Below are positions 26,679-41,100 of a stretch of 64,000 nucleotides of DNA, in pieces. Position 1 is the first letter of the stretch, and every line of letters begins with the position of its first letter. The stretch spans positions 186,001 through 250,000 of the forward strand of contig JAPDFW010000114.1 of assembly GCA_028826165.1 (NCBI GenBank), in the 5' to 3' direction. The position numbers and the translations under genes are program-made. The stretch is from Anaeramoeba ignava BMAN (Eukaryota; Protista; Anaeramoebae). The notes below the pieces were generated by a model, which searched no databases, was not told the DNA's origin, and saw nothing but the letters and a program-made list of their open reading frames with translations.

Positions 26679-28818
26679 ATGCTTTTAATTAACAAAAAAT
26701 TCTCTTTAAATAAGAAATATTTAAAATATTCCCTAAAAACCACAAAACAATTCTCTAACTTTTTCATTAAAAATACTTTTCAAAAAAATTCCAATTCTCA
26801 ATCAAAAATACAAACACAAACAAATAATTTAATTTTAAGAAAAGAAAGAAATCCTTTATTTACAAATGAAACTAAAAGTAAATAAAATGATCAAACAATT
26901 TCAATTTCAATTTCAATTCCAATTTCAATTTCAATTTCAATTTCAATTTAATTTCAATTTCAATCCAATCCAATTTTAATTCAATTTAATTTAATTTTAA
27001 TTTAATTTCAATTTAAATTTCAATCCAATTTCAATCCAATTTCAATTTCAATTTAATTTCCATTTAATTTCCAATCCAATTTTAAATAGGATTTTTTAGT
27101 GAAACTAAACCAGATCTTTTAAATATTCAATTTATTCCAGATCCAGAAGGAGTTAGAGATTTTATAATTAAAGCACCTTATGATGAAATTCCATTTGATG
27201 AAGCAGTTGTTTTAACTGTAAGAGCAATAAAAGAATTGAAGAAAAGAATTCCTAATAGAACTATTTTAGTTGGAATTGGTGGTGCAAGTGGATCTGGAAA
27301 AACTACATTTACTGAAAAACTAGAAAAATTTTTTTCTGGAATGCTGTAGAATAATAAATAATAAATATTAAATATTAAATAATAAATAATAAATAATAAA
27401 TAATAAATATTAAATAATAAATAATAAATAATAAATATTAAATAATAAATATTAAATATTAAATAATAAATATTAAATAATAAATATTAAATAATAAATA
27501 TTAAATATTAAATATTAAATATTAAATAATAAATAATATTAAATATTAAATATTAAATATTAAATAATAAATATTAAATATTAAATATTAAATATTAAAT
27601 ATTAAATATTAAATATTAAATATTAAATATTAAATATTAAATATTAAATATTAAATAATAAATATTAAATATTAAATAATAAATAATAAATAATAAATAA
27701 TAAATATTAAATATTAAATATTCAATATTCAATATTAAATATTAAATAATAAATAATAAATATTCAAAATAGAATGATCTCTCTTGATAATTATCTTGAT
27801 AAATCTAAAAAAGTTATCGATAATAACTTTGATGATTATAGATTGATGGATTTTCCTTTATTAAAAAAGAATTTAGATGATTTAAAAGAAGGAAAATCAA
27901 CAGAAATGCCAATTTATGATTTTAGAGGAGGAGGAAGAGTTGGATACAAAACAATTTCTCCACCAGCTTCTAATGTAATTCTTGTTGAAGGAACATATGC
28001 ACTTCATCATAGTGTTCGAAATGCTTATGATTTAACAGTAAAAAGATTTTTAATTGAATTTAAATTTATAATTGATTTTTAATTTGAATTTATATTAGAT
28101 TTCAGCAACAGGAGGTATTCATTATGATTTAATTAAAAGAATTCGAAGAGATATAACAAGAACAGGGCAATCTCCACAAGAAACATTAGAACAAATTACA
28201 GAAACAGTTTATCCAATGTATAAAGCATTTATTGAACCAGATCTAAAATTCGCACACATAAAAATCAGGAATTATTTCAATCCATTTACAGCATTATTAA
28301 AGCCTATTTACACATTAAAATCCGATAGAGAAATCACATTTGATGAAATTCGATCTTCTTTTCCAGATCCACAATCAATTGAAGTAAACAAAGAAGAATA
28401 CAATGATATTTATTTACTTCCACCAAATGAAGTTCCAAATAAAAAGCTTTATTGGATTCGAGTCAGACATTCTCTTGAATATGGAACTTATACTATTCAT
28501 TTCGCTGATGTTTTTCATGATAAAGAATTCTTGATTTCTCCAACTTTTGATTTTTCTGTTTCAGCCAAAGTTCTCAGTGGATTGATGGGTCTTGGTTATA
28601 AAATTGATGCTACAATTCATAGAAAAACCCAAAGATTTAAATCGGGAAATCTCCAAGTTTTAGTTGATCAAGTTTTTGAATTGAATAATAAAGTTTATAT
28701 CCAAATTAAAGGTGATGATAATTTACAAGTTTCGGAAATGGCGAAAAAATTACAATTTCAAAACCATTTTGTTAACAAAACTTATATTGAAATTTATTTT
28801 GAAAAATTTCAAAAATAA
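26679..28818 (+). CDS. Uridine kinase-like + CYTH (TTM1/2-type) protein with an N-terminal organellar presequence (479 aa); exons 26679-26877, 27090-27345, 27773-28037, 28099-28818
   Basis: P-loop GGASGSGKTT, SLDNY, NFDD, VEGTYAL, TGGIHYDLIKRIRRDI, ETVYPMYKAFIEPDL (as in plant TTM), CYTH-like DIYL/IRVR/YIQIKG/YIE. The presequence ends KRFFS. Confidence 0.88.
27350..27765 (+). repeat. Intronic 7-bp repeat AAATA(T/A)T in TTM intron 2 (intron 1 carries (TTCAAT)n at 26898-27085)
   Basis: Direct inspection. Confidence 0.9.
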
Positions 28819-29209
28819 GAAACAAATGAATAGCAAAAAAAGAAATTGGAAATTGGAACAAAAGAAACAATAACAAAAATGAATAGGAAAAAAAGAAAAG
28901 AAATTGGAACAAAAGAAACAAATTTTTTTTTCCGTTTTTTTTTCCTATTTTTTTCTAAATAAAAAAAAAATAAATAAAAAAATATCAAAAGATCAAATAA
29001 AATTAAAAACAAAAAAAAACAAAAACAAAAACAAAAAAAACAAAAACAAAAAGTTTTTTTTTCATTTTAACCAATTTCATTTTTTTTTTCCTTTTTTTTT
29101 ATCCTTTCTCATTTTATTTTCCTTTTAATTATTATTAATTAATTATTAATTAATATTTTTTTTTTTGATTCAATTTACCATTTTTTTTTTTAATATTTTA
29201 AGTAAACAA

Positions 29210-32200
29210 ATGTCAGCAGAAAATAGTAGTGATAATGATAATAAACAAATAGAGATTTCATTGGATAACATTAAATCTGAAGATGAAAAAGATGAATTAG
29301 AATTAGAAGATGTTGTTGGCTTACTTGACTCAGAATCAGAACAGGAAGAAATTCGATTGGATGAAATTCAGTTTCTTGAAGAAACAACATATCTATTTGA
29401 TAAAGAGCCACAAAAAATGTCAAACCAACAAGTTCATTTCTCTTTTCCCACTCAAAGTTTAAATGATGGTATTTCTATCAAAAAAACAAAAAAACAAAAA
29501 AACAAAAAACAAAAAAACAAAAAACAAAATAATTATCTATTGTTTTTTTTCTTTTGGAACTTTTTTTTCGTTTTTTATTTCAAATACAAATTCGAATACA
29601 ATTTTAATTCCTATTTTAAATACAATTCAAATATAATTTAAATACAATTTTAAATACAAATTTAAATACAAATTAAATACAATTTTAATTCCTATTTTAA
29701 ATACAATTTTTAAATACAATTTAAATTTAATTTTAAATACAATTTTAAATACAATTTTAAATATAAATTTTAAATATAATTTTAAATACAAATTAAATAT
29801 AATTTAAATACAAATTAAATATAATTTAAATACAAATTTAAATACAATTTAAATACAAATTTAAATACAATTTAAATACAAATTTTAAATACAAATTTAA
29901 ATACAAATTTAAATACAAATTTTAAATAAATTTAAAATACAATTTTGAATACAATTTTAATACAATTTTAATACAATTTCAAATACAATTAAAAATAAAA
30001 TTTTTAAATACAATTTTAAATATAAATTAAATACAAATTAAATACAATTTTTAAATACAATTTTAAATACAATTTTAAATACAATTTAAATACAATTTTA
30101 AAATACAAATTTTAAATACAATTTTAAATACAATTCAAATACAATTTTTAATACAATTTTAAATACATTTTTAAATACAAATTTTAAATTCAAATTAAAA
30201 ATACAATTTTAATTCTATTTTAAATATAATTTAAAATACAAATTTAAATACAAATTTTAATTCCTATTTTAAATACAATTTAAATACAAATTTTAAATAC
30301 AAATTTTTAAATACAATTTTAAATACAAATTTTAAATATAATTTTAAATACAAATTTTAAATACAAATTTTAAATAAATTTTAAATACAAATTTTAATAC
30401 AAATTTTTAAATACAAATTTTAAATACAATTTAAAAAATACAAATTTTAAATACAAATTAAATACAAATTTTAAATACAAATTTTAATATAATTTAAATA
30501 CAAATTTTAAATACAAATTTTAAATACAATTAAATTTTAAATACAATTTTAAATACAATTTTAAATACAATTTTAAATACAATTTTTTAAATATAATTTT
30601 AAATACAAATTTTAAATACAATTTTTAAAATAAATTTTAAATACAAATTTTAAATACAAATTTTAAATAAATTTTTAAATTACATTTTTAAATTTAAATT
30701 AAATAATTTTAATACAAATTTTTAAATTCTATTTTAAATACAATTTTTAAATACAATTTTAAATTTTAAAATATAAATTTTAAATATAATTTAAATACAA
30801 TTTTAAAATACAATTTTAAATACAAATTTTTAAATACAATTTTTAAATACAATTTAAATACAATTTTAAATACAATTTTAAAATATAATTTAAATACAAT
30901 TTTAAATACAATTTTTAAATATAATTTTTAATAATAAATTTTAAAATTCTATTTTAAATACAATTTTAAATACAATTTTAAATACAATTTAAAATATAAA
31001 TTTTAAATAAATTTAAATACAAATTTTAAATACAAATTTTAAATACAAATTTTAAATTAAAAATACAAATTTTAAAAATACAAATTTAAATACAAATTTT
31101 AAATACAAATTTTGAATAATTTTAAATACAAATTTAAATACAATTTTAAATACAAATTTTAAATACAATTTTAAATACAAATTTAAATACAATTTTAAAT
31201 ACAAATTTAAATACAAATTTTAAATACAATTTTAAATATAATTTTAAATACAAATTTTAAATACAATTTTAAATACAATTCAAAATATAAATTTTAAACC
31301 AATTTTTAAATATAAATTTTAAATACAAATTTAAATACAAATTTAAATACAATTTTAAATACAAATTTTAAATACAAATTTAAATACAATTTAAATATAA
31401 ATTTAAATACAAATTTTAAATATAATTTTAAATATAAATTTAAATATAAATTTAAATATAAATTTAAATATAAATTTAAATACAATTTTAAATAAATTTT
31501 AAATACAATTTTAAATACAAATTTAAATACAAATTTTAAATATAATTTTAAATACAAATTTAAATACAAATTTAAATACAAATTTTAAATTTTTTTCCTT
31601 TATTCTTCTTTAAAAGAACTTATTCCTACTACAGAGCTTCCTGGATTTAATTCCCTTCCTTCAGTTCAAGAACCTTCACATGGGTTATATATCCCAGGAT
31701 TTGATTCTCGTGCATATGAAAAGAAAAGAACGAACATTAACTTTGTCAATTTTGTACCCAATATATTTTGGAAACAAATTCGTCCTTTAAGACATCCTTC
31801 ACAAATTCCACCTGATGAACAGTTATATGATCCATCTATTCTCAAAAAAATCAAAGACAAGAAAAAAATGAATAGGATTTCTTTAATGTCATTCACAAAT
31901 TTAAGATTAACTCAACATAATGCACCAACACTTCTTAGACAAGTTTGCTTATTTATTTAATTTATTTAATTTTTATTAATTTTATTTTATTTTATTTTAA
32001 TTTAATTTAATTTTATTAATTTTAATTTAATTAGATTAATAGATTCCAAAATCTAGAAGTTCTTATATTGAGAGGTTCAAACCTTAAAAGTGTTTCTGCA
32101 TTGAAATTACCAAATTTAAGAATTTGTGATTTACGTCAAAATAACATAATAAATCTTCGTTTTTTTGTGATGTTTCTTCAATCAAGTCCATTTCTTGAAT

Positions 32201-35200
32201 TTTTGGATCTTACACAAAACCCAATTGAAAATAATAAAGATTTTTGGAATACTGTAAAAAAAAACTAAAAACTAAAAACTAAAAAGAATTTTAATTTTAA
32301 TTTTAATTTTAATTGTTTTAGATTCTTGTAAAATCGCAAAGATTAATGTATTTAAACGGAACTCAAATTACAGTTGAAGCAAGAATATTTGCAATAAGAG
32401 CAGTTGGAAATCGAAATTTAAAATCAAGAATACCAGAAATACGATGGGATCTAACGTTGTGTTCTTTACCATCAGTTCGAGCAATGTCGAATTGGGCTCC
32501 AGAAAGTATTGTTCATTTAAACTTCTCTAATTTACAATTACAAGTATTTTATGTTGGCACATTCAAGTCTTTACAAGTGCTCGATCTCAGTAATAATCAA
32601 ATTACAACGCTTCAGAAAGCAGGACTTGAACAGTGTGATAAATTAAATACATTGAACTTGCGCAATAACCTTTTGAAGGATTTAAAAAATGATGTTTTAA
32701 TGGTGTTGCCTTATTGTCCTTCTTTGCAAGTACTTTTTCTTGATGGAAATGAGATTAAAGATTATCGTGCACAAGTAATTTATGCATGTCGGAATTTGAA
32801 AGGAACGAATAGACAGCCAGGATTAGCAGTTCTTGATGAACAAAACGTGACTTCTGAAGAATATTTGTCTTCACTTGAGATGATTGTAAGTTTGAAGAAT
32901 TTATTTTAAAAATATTTAAATTATTTGAATTATTTGAATTGATTTAAAATATTTAAATTGATTTATCTTTTTTCATTCTAAAAGGGACGTCTCCCAAAAA
33001 ATCAAATTGAAGAATATAGATGGATGCTTGCACAATTCAAAATCTTTGGAAATTATCAAGTTCAACAATTAGATACGTTTCGAGACAGAATTACAGTTGC
33101 AAGTTTTGCTGGATATCATCTAGGATATGCTTCAGTTGGGAAGTATTCGAACTTAAGACTTTTAATATTAAGACAGAACAAAGATAATAAGAGTAGAAGG
33201 ATTATCATCACTAACATCACTTCGTCTATTAGATTTATCAAACAACCCACATTTGGATCTGAAACACACATTGGGATCACTTTCTGAAGTAACAACATTG
33301 GAGGTGATTTCTTTTGCATCTGATATGGTTTCACAGTTGATCAAAAAACCTTCGCGAAAAAACCTTCTTGGAACAAAACAAAGATTGGAGAATCACCACA
33401 AGAAAATCACAGAAGAGCTCTCGATGTTCAATCAGGAATATCGGGACAAAGTGCTGAAGGCATTGCTTTATAAAAACCCAGGATTGAGCACGCTAGATGC
33501 GCAAGCAATAACGTATGAAGAACGAGTGCTTTGTTATGAAGAATACGCAAAGAAAAAGAAACGGATCCAACAATCGGATATTGAGGCATATAAATTCGCA
33601 CTTGCCGTTACACTTAGTTCGATTGTTGTTCCTCATGAAAGAGCAAAGATTCTCCATCCCAAAAACCTTGGACAATTAGGCACTCATTTTGATGTGACCC
33701 AAATAACAAACTTGACGCGACTCTCGGGAATAGGAATTTCAGAAAAAGCGATTGATCTTTCGAAATTTCCGAATTTGGAGTATTTGAACCTGTCGAACAA
33801 CAACATACGAAGCATATTAGGACTTGGACTCGAGAGACTAAAACGGTTGAAGGCGGTTGATTTCAGCAACAACCAGATCCAGGATAATCTCGATGATATA
33901 GGGAAGCTACTTGACAATATGCGTTGGTTGGAAGTGCTTTGTCTGCGAGGAAATCCGAATATGCGAACTCTCACGGATAGAAAGAAACTTCTTGCGAACA
34001 TCCCAGGACTCAAGGACAACAGTTGTGCATTGAAAATTGTTGATTACGAAATTTCGATTTTTGAGCTTGTTGAGGTTTGGCGACAGATGGGTGTTTCTGA
34101 GGATTTCTGCGAGCAAATGAGATTTGGAGCGTTGTTTCGACTGAAAAACAAACAAGGAATGGAGTTCGAAAAAGTCAAGCAACTTGATCTTTCAGAATCG
34201 AAAATCGAGACAATTGATCTGACATCTTTTGTGAATTTGGAAAAGCTTGCGCTGCGATACAACGAAATTAGTAATGTGAAGAACATCAAGGGACTTGAGG
34301 ATATGAAGGAGATGAAGGCGCTTGATTTGCGGTATAATAAGATCACGAGGATGAAAACATTGAGTCACTTAACACGGAAGTTTACGAAGTTGATTGCTTT
34401 TGGAGCTGCAGGAAATCCTTTTGAAATGGATAAGAAATCGGGACTTGAATATCGGGTTATTTTCATTGCTTCACTCACACAATTACAGAATTTTAAGTGT
34501 CCGTTGAAACAACTTGATGGAGAAGAAATAAGTGTTGATGAAATCATTGGAGCGTGGAAATCAACTTCGTTCAGTTCAATCGATTACGAAAGCTATAGAT
34601 TCAATGCAAATATCCAGCGTAGATACCCAAGTGATCTTACTTCTGACCAAATTGAAGAGCTCAATCTTACAAATTGCAACATTTCAACAATGGACTTTTC
34701 GCCGTTCAAGAGGCTGAAGAAATTATCTCTTCGCGGAAACAAGATCACAGATCGCGATCTGGTATCTTCAAACATTCTAACGCTTAAGCTTCTTGAGCAG
34801 CTTGATCTGCGGGAAAATAAACTGCGGGATCTAAGCGTTGTTGCGCAGATAATCGATCAAATGGAAAATCTTTCGTGGGTGTATGTTGATGGGAATCCTG
34901 CGTTTACAAATGACACACCTGATCTTCGTGTGCGGTTTCTGTGCCTGATTCCTTCTTCTCTTAAACCCGACTCAAAACTGGAGGCGCTCAATGGCAGTCG
35001 TATATCTGTTCAAGAGCGTTCTGCATCAATTTCACTGCAGAAAAAAGAGAAGGATTCCAACGAAAACAGTCTCGAGGAATATCGGTTTCAAATGGTTGTG
35101 AAAAAACTTCGATTGGATCCCGAAACAACAACACAAATCTTTCTTGCAAGATATGAACTCAAAAGAATTTCGGGAATCTCAATCTTCCAAAAATTGGAGG

Positions 35201-37816
35201 TCTTGGACATCAGCAGCAACATGATTGACACATTGGAGGGACAGAATCTCCACACATTGCCTGTTCTGCGCTCACTCGATCTGCGCCAGAATCGGTTCTC
35301 CTCATTGGCATCAATGCTGGGACCACTTTCTCAAATAGCTTCTCTTCGAGAGTTGATGATCCAAAACTCAACGGTAAAAAGCGAAACATCAAAAGTGGAG
35401 AGTTATCTGAGTCTTGTGTGTCTGAGATTGCGGGGATTGGAAGTTCTTGACGGAAAGATAAACCCGCATCCATTGGATCAAGATAATTGGGAAAATCTTG
35501 AGAAGCTGTCAAAATTGACAGGCGGACGAGGCGGCAATCCAAATAGCATTTCTGATATTGATCTTTCTAATGGAGGATTTGAACCGGAACTTTTTGATGC
35601 TGTTCTTCAGTGCCTCAAAGAACTTCCTGTCAAGAGGTTGAAAATGAACAAGAACGGATGGGAAAGAGTTTCGCAATATCGTTTCCGCATTGTGCACGAG
35701 ATTCCATTATTGAAGGTTTTGGATGATTTGCCTGTAAGTATTGCGCAGAGAGCAAACGCACTTGAATTAGCACAAAAGGGGAAGCTGAAAGTTGGAAAAG
35801 ATCGGACAGGTGTTATTGCGACTGGAGTAGGTGTAGGATTTTCTGGTGCATTGATGACTGGAGGAGGCAACGATCAAAACCCAACAGCAAATATTGCCGG
35901 GGATGGAGCGAATCAAGTCAATCAACAGGTTGGAAACTCAGCAAATAACGATAATTTTCCCGAAATGGATGGATTGAAATCGGGACTGAGCGATATTCGC
36001 AACACAGCCGTTTCCAAGGCAGAGTTTCTGCGACCCACAGGAACACCGCTAACCAAACTCGAGATCTTTGTCAATTTTTTCCAGATTTTGGGTCTTCTTG
36101 TAACTCTTGTTGATCGGAGTTTCTGGCCAAAAGCGTTTTTGAAGATGAGTTGGGTGACACTGCCTTTTTCAGTTGATATTGATTTCCTGATTCTTGCGTT
36201 TGACATCAACATTCCACTGACTATGCAGTATGCGAAGTTCATCTCGTTTCTTCTTGTTCCGTTGGTGATGTTTCTGATCTACATCATGAAGTTCAAAACG
36301 GGAGCGTTGGGAGAAATGGTATGTGAAGAAATGGACGCGGACCAAAATACGGCTACTTATTGCGTGGTTGCTCATGCTTATTATTGTGTGTGTTATTGCG
36401 ATTGTTATTGATATTCCGAGCGTGAAAAACGATCACAAACTGACACAAACGCAAATCTCAGTGATTGCCGTTTTCTGCAGCATAATCACGTTTGTTGTGC
36501 TTCTCTTTTTCATCAACGCGGCTGTTTATCGGAAGCACTCAAAAAGCGATCATTATTGGTACACTTACGCAAAATACAAGAACCGACTTGCACTGTTTTT
36601 CTTTACCGTTCTTTACATGCCCATTGCGCGAGCCATTCTGTATAATTTCAAATGCGATTCCGACACAGACAAGCTGTCCTCGTTTCCAGACCAGGATTGT
36701 CCTCACTCGATCAAGGATTTCAACGCTCTTCAATGGATCTCGATCATTTTCATGCCGATCTACATAGTGGGGATTCCAATCTTCTTCATCAGGGTGATCC
36801 ACATATCTGTGCGGGAAGTGAACCATTCTTTCGGCATCAGCAACAAAATGGACGAAATCAACGAACTGAAAAAACTGAAGGACCCAAAGCTCAAGTCGAC
36901 AATCAAAAGAAAGACCAAGGAAGCCAACAAGGCATATGCCGTTGCTGTGAGGAAATACAAGTGCGCACAATCGTATCTATACAGCGGATACTCGCGGAAG
37001 TTCCGCTACTACAAATCCATCCAGATGATTGAGAAGTTCCTGCTGCTTCTCTTGGCACTTTTCTTCATTCTCAAAGTCCGCGCCATCGGAGCTGTTGTTG
37101 TGTCTGTATTATTCACCCTTTTTGCCTTGATAACGCGTCCGTTTTCGGATTCACTTGAGTCCGTTATGGATGATTTTTCGCGAGTTGTCAATTCGCTTAA
37201 TATTGTCGGTGGATTAATGCTTGTTTTCAAAGTTCTTCCCGATTCCGTTGCCGCAGTCATTCTCGTTTTGATCAATGCAATTGGAATGGGGGGTATGTTT
37301 TTAATGACCGTTTTTTCACCTCTTCGAAGCTACTGTCTCAACATCAAGATCAAGGATATTCTCGAGAAAGAAGCGCAAGAAATGGATGAAATCAAAGGCA
37401 AAGTTCTTCATTCGACTTTTGACCGGATTGACATGGATGATCTTGACCAGATCAATCTCGACCAGATCGACAACACACAGAACCTCATCAAATCTGGTGC
37501 GGTTACAGGTCTTAACGCTGCTGACGACGCTGTTGATCTCGACAACATTGATATCGACGATCTCGATAATATTGATGTTCCTGATGATGCTATTAATCTC
37601 GATGATCTTGATGATCTCGATGACTTGGATATCCTTGATAATGCTCAGATCCCAAATAATGCTCCAGACCTCCAAATCAATCTCGGCGATCTCGACCAAT
37701 TCGATATCCGTAATCTTGATGATGCTGTTCCATTGGATGATCTCGATGATATTTTTGGTGATGCTCTTTTGAGAAGTCGCAATCTTCTTGATAATGCAAG
37801 AGATCATATCAATTGA
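29210..37816 (+). CDS. Large multi-cassette LRR/LRRcap protein with a ~9-10 TM C-terminal domain and acidic tail (~2,065 aa); exons 29210-29468, 31617-31942, 32035-32253, 32322-32885, 32985-37816 (+1 frameshifts near 33180 and 36296)
   Basis: SDS22-like LRR blocks, each closed by a YR...L..LDG-type cap; hydrophobic helices from KLEIFVNFFQIL onward. Length is a multiple of 3 after removing 2 nt. Confidence 0.85.
29580..31590 (+). repeat. Intronic ~12-bp satellite AAATACAA(A/T)TTT in the 2,148-bp intron 1 of the LRR-TM gene
   Basis: Direct inspection; intron GT 29469..AG 31616. Confidence 0.95.
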
Positions 37817-38099
37817 TTCTTTTTCTTTTTCTTTTTATTATTATTTTTATTTTTATTATTTTTATTATTATTATTATTTTTGAAAAAGTCGAGTTTGATT
37901 TGTATTCATTTAATTTCATTTAATTTCATTTAATATTAAGAAAGATATTTCCAATATTTTTTAATTGATTAATTTTTCCGAAAGTAATTTCATTCAATTC
38001 AATTCAATTCCATTCAATTCAATTTGATTTTCTTTTTGAACAACATTTATTTTTTTCTTTTTTTCTCAAAACAAAAAATAAAAGAAAAGAAAACAAAAT

Positions 38100-38130
38100 C
38101 ATTTTTCATTTTTCATTTTTTCATTTTTAA
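38100..38130 (+). promoter_or_regulatory. Tandem TTCATTTT initiator-like motifs upstream of the phosphohexomutase ATG
   Basis: atttttcatttttcattttttcattttt lies 20-50 nt before ATG 38150; the same motif precedes most genes on their sense strand. Confidence 0.6.
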
Positions 38131-38149
38131 AAAAAAAAATAATATTATT

Positions 38150-41100
38150 ATGACTTCTTCTTATCCTTTAATGGCTAGTGTTTCTGGAATTAGAGGAATA
38201 TTTGGCAAATCTTTTATTCCAGAAGTTATTGAGAAATATGTTGCAAGTTTTATTAATGTTCAAAAAGAAACTATTAAAAAGGAAAATATTAGTATTATTT
38301 TAGGTAGAGATTCTCGAGTTTCTGGATCTTGTGTGAATAATATTGTTATTGGGATTCTTCTTGCTACAGGATGTGATATTATTGATATTGGAATTGTTCC
38401 TACACCAACTGTATTAATTTAAAAATAAAAAATAATTTAAAATAAATAAAATAATTTATTATTTTTTAAGGTTCAAGTTATTGTTCAACAAAGAAAAGCA
38501 GACGGAGGAATTGTTATTACAAGTAGTCATAATGATGTTATGTGGAATGGTAGATATATATTTAAAATTCAATTCAAAAATTCATTTAAAAATTCATTTA
38601 AAAATTTATTTATAAATTCATTTAAAAATTCATTTCAAAATCTATTTAAAAATTCATTTATAAATTTATTTAAAAATCCATTTAAAAATTTATTTATAAA
38701 TTTATTTATAAATTCATTTATAAATCCATTTATTAATCCATTTATAAATTTATTTAAAAATTTATTTCAAAATTCATTTCAAAATTTATTTATAAATCCA
38801 TTTAAAAATTTATTTAAAAATTTATTTAAAAATTCATTTATAAATTCATTTATAAATCTATTTAAAAATTCAATTAAAAATTCATTTAAAAATCTATTTA
38901 TTAATCTATTTAAAAATTTATTTAAAAATTTATTTAAAAATTTATTTAAAAATTTATTTATAAATTTATTTATAAATTTATTTAAAAATTCATTTATAAA
39001 TCCATTTAAAAATTCATTTAAAAATTTATTTAAAAATTTATTTAAAAATTTATTTCAAAATTCATTTATAAATTTATTTAAAAATTCATTTATTAATCCA
39101 TTTATAAATTTATTTAAAAATTTATTTAAAAATTTATTTAAGAATCCATTTAAAAATTTATTTATAAATCCATTTAAAAATTCATTTCAAAATTTATTTA
39201 AAAATCCATTTATTAATTTATTTAAAAATTTATTTATTAATCCATTTAAAAATTCATTTATAAATCCATTTAAAAATCCATTTATAAATTCATTTATAAA
39301 TCCATTTAAAAATCCATTTAAAAATTCATTTAAAAATTCATTTATAAATTTATTTAAAAATTCATTTATAAATTTATTTAAAAATTCATTTAAAAATTCA
39401 TTTATAAATTTATTTAAAAATCCATTTATTAATCCATTTAAAAATTCATTTAAAAATTCATTTCAAAATTTATTTCAAAATTTATTTATAAATTTATTTA
39501 AAAATTTATTTAAAAATTTATTTAAAAATTCATTTAAAAATTTATTTCAAAATTTATTTAAAAATTTATTTCAAAATTTATTTATAAATTTATTTAAAAA
39601 TTTATTTAAAAATTCATTTATAAATCCATTTAAAAATTCATTTAAAAATTTATTTCAAAATTTATTTAAAAATTTATTTCAAAATTCATTTATTAATCCA
39701 TTTATAAATCCATTTCAAAATCCAATTATAAATTTATTTAAAAATTTATTTATTAATCCATTTATAAATCCATTTCAAAATCCAATTATAAATTCATTTA
39801 TAAATCCAATTATTAATCCAATTATAAATTTATTTAAAAATTTATTTATAAATCTATTTATAAATCTATTTATTAATTTATTTAAAAATCCATTTAAAAA
39901 TCCATTTAAAATTTCATTTATTAATTCATTTATAAATCTATTTAAAAATCCATTTAAAATTTCATTTATTAATCCATTTATTAATCCATTTATTAATCCA
40001 ATTAAAAATTCATTTCAAAATTCATTTCAAAATTTATTTAAAAATTTATTTAAAAATTTATTTAAAAATTTATTTAAAAATTCAATTAAAAATCCATTTA
40101 AAAATTCATTTAAAAATCCATTTAAAAATTTATTTAAAAATCCATTTAAAAATTCATTTATAAATCTATTTAAAAATCCATTTAAAAATCTATTTAAGAA
40201 TCCATTTATAAATTTATTTAAAAATTCAATTATAAATTTATTTAAAAATTCATTTCAAAATTTATTTAAAAATTCATTTCAAAATTCATTTATTAATCCA
40301 TTTATAAATTTATTTAAAAATTTATTTAAGAATTTATTTAAAAATTTATTTATAAATTTATTTAAAAATTTATTTCAAAATCTATTTAAAAATCCATTTA
40401 TTAATCCATTTATAAATTTATTTAAAAATTCATTTAAAAATTTATTTAAAAATTCATTTATAAATTCAATTAAAAATTTATTTATAAATTCATTTAAAAA
40501 TTTATTTAAAAATTCAATTAAAAATCCATTTAAAAATTGGTTAAAAAAGGACTCAAATTTATTGATAACGACGGCTTATTTATCTCTCCAGAAAAATGTA
40601 AAACTCTCTTCAAAATGGTAGATGAAAAAAAATATTCCTATAATGAATACAATAAACTGGGAAAATACGAAGAAAAACCAGAAGAATACAAGAAACACAT
40701 CGAAAAAATCCTTGAATTAGAATACATCAAACCAGAGGAAATCAAGATGAAAAACCTGCGGATCTGCATTGACACAATCAACGGTGCAGGAGGAAGAATA
40801 CTTAAAGAATTACTAGAAAAATTAGGATGTAAAGAAATAATTGGAATAAATATTGAAGAAACAGGAATATTTGCGCACAAACCAGAACCTATCCCAGAGC
40901 ACTTGAACCAACTCTGTGAGGCTGTTCAAAACAACAAGGCAGATCTCGGGATCGCAGTTGATCCAGATGCGGATCGATGTGTTCTTATTGACGAAAAAGG
41001 GCAGCCTTTAGGGGAAGAATACACCCTTGGATTTGCCGTTGAATTTTATCTTGGAAAACTAGGAAAGAAGGGAAATGTGTGTAAAAATCTTTCCTCATCT

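Noticed and set aside
38540-40621. 693-aa ORF (NLFK)n as an independent gene
   Set aside because: It is the satellite-filled intron of the phosphohexomutase; splicing 38550-40549 restores WNGLKF.
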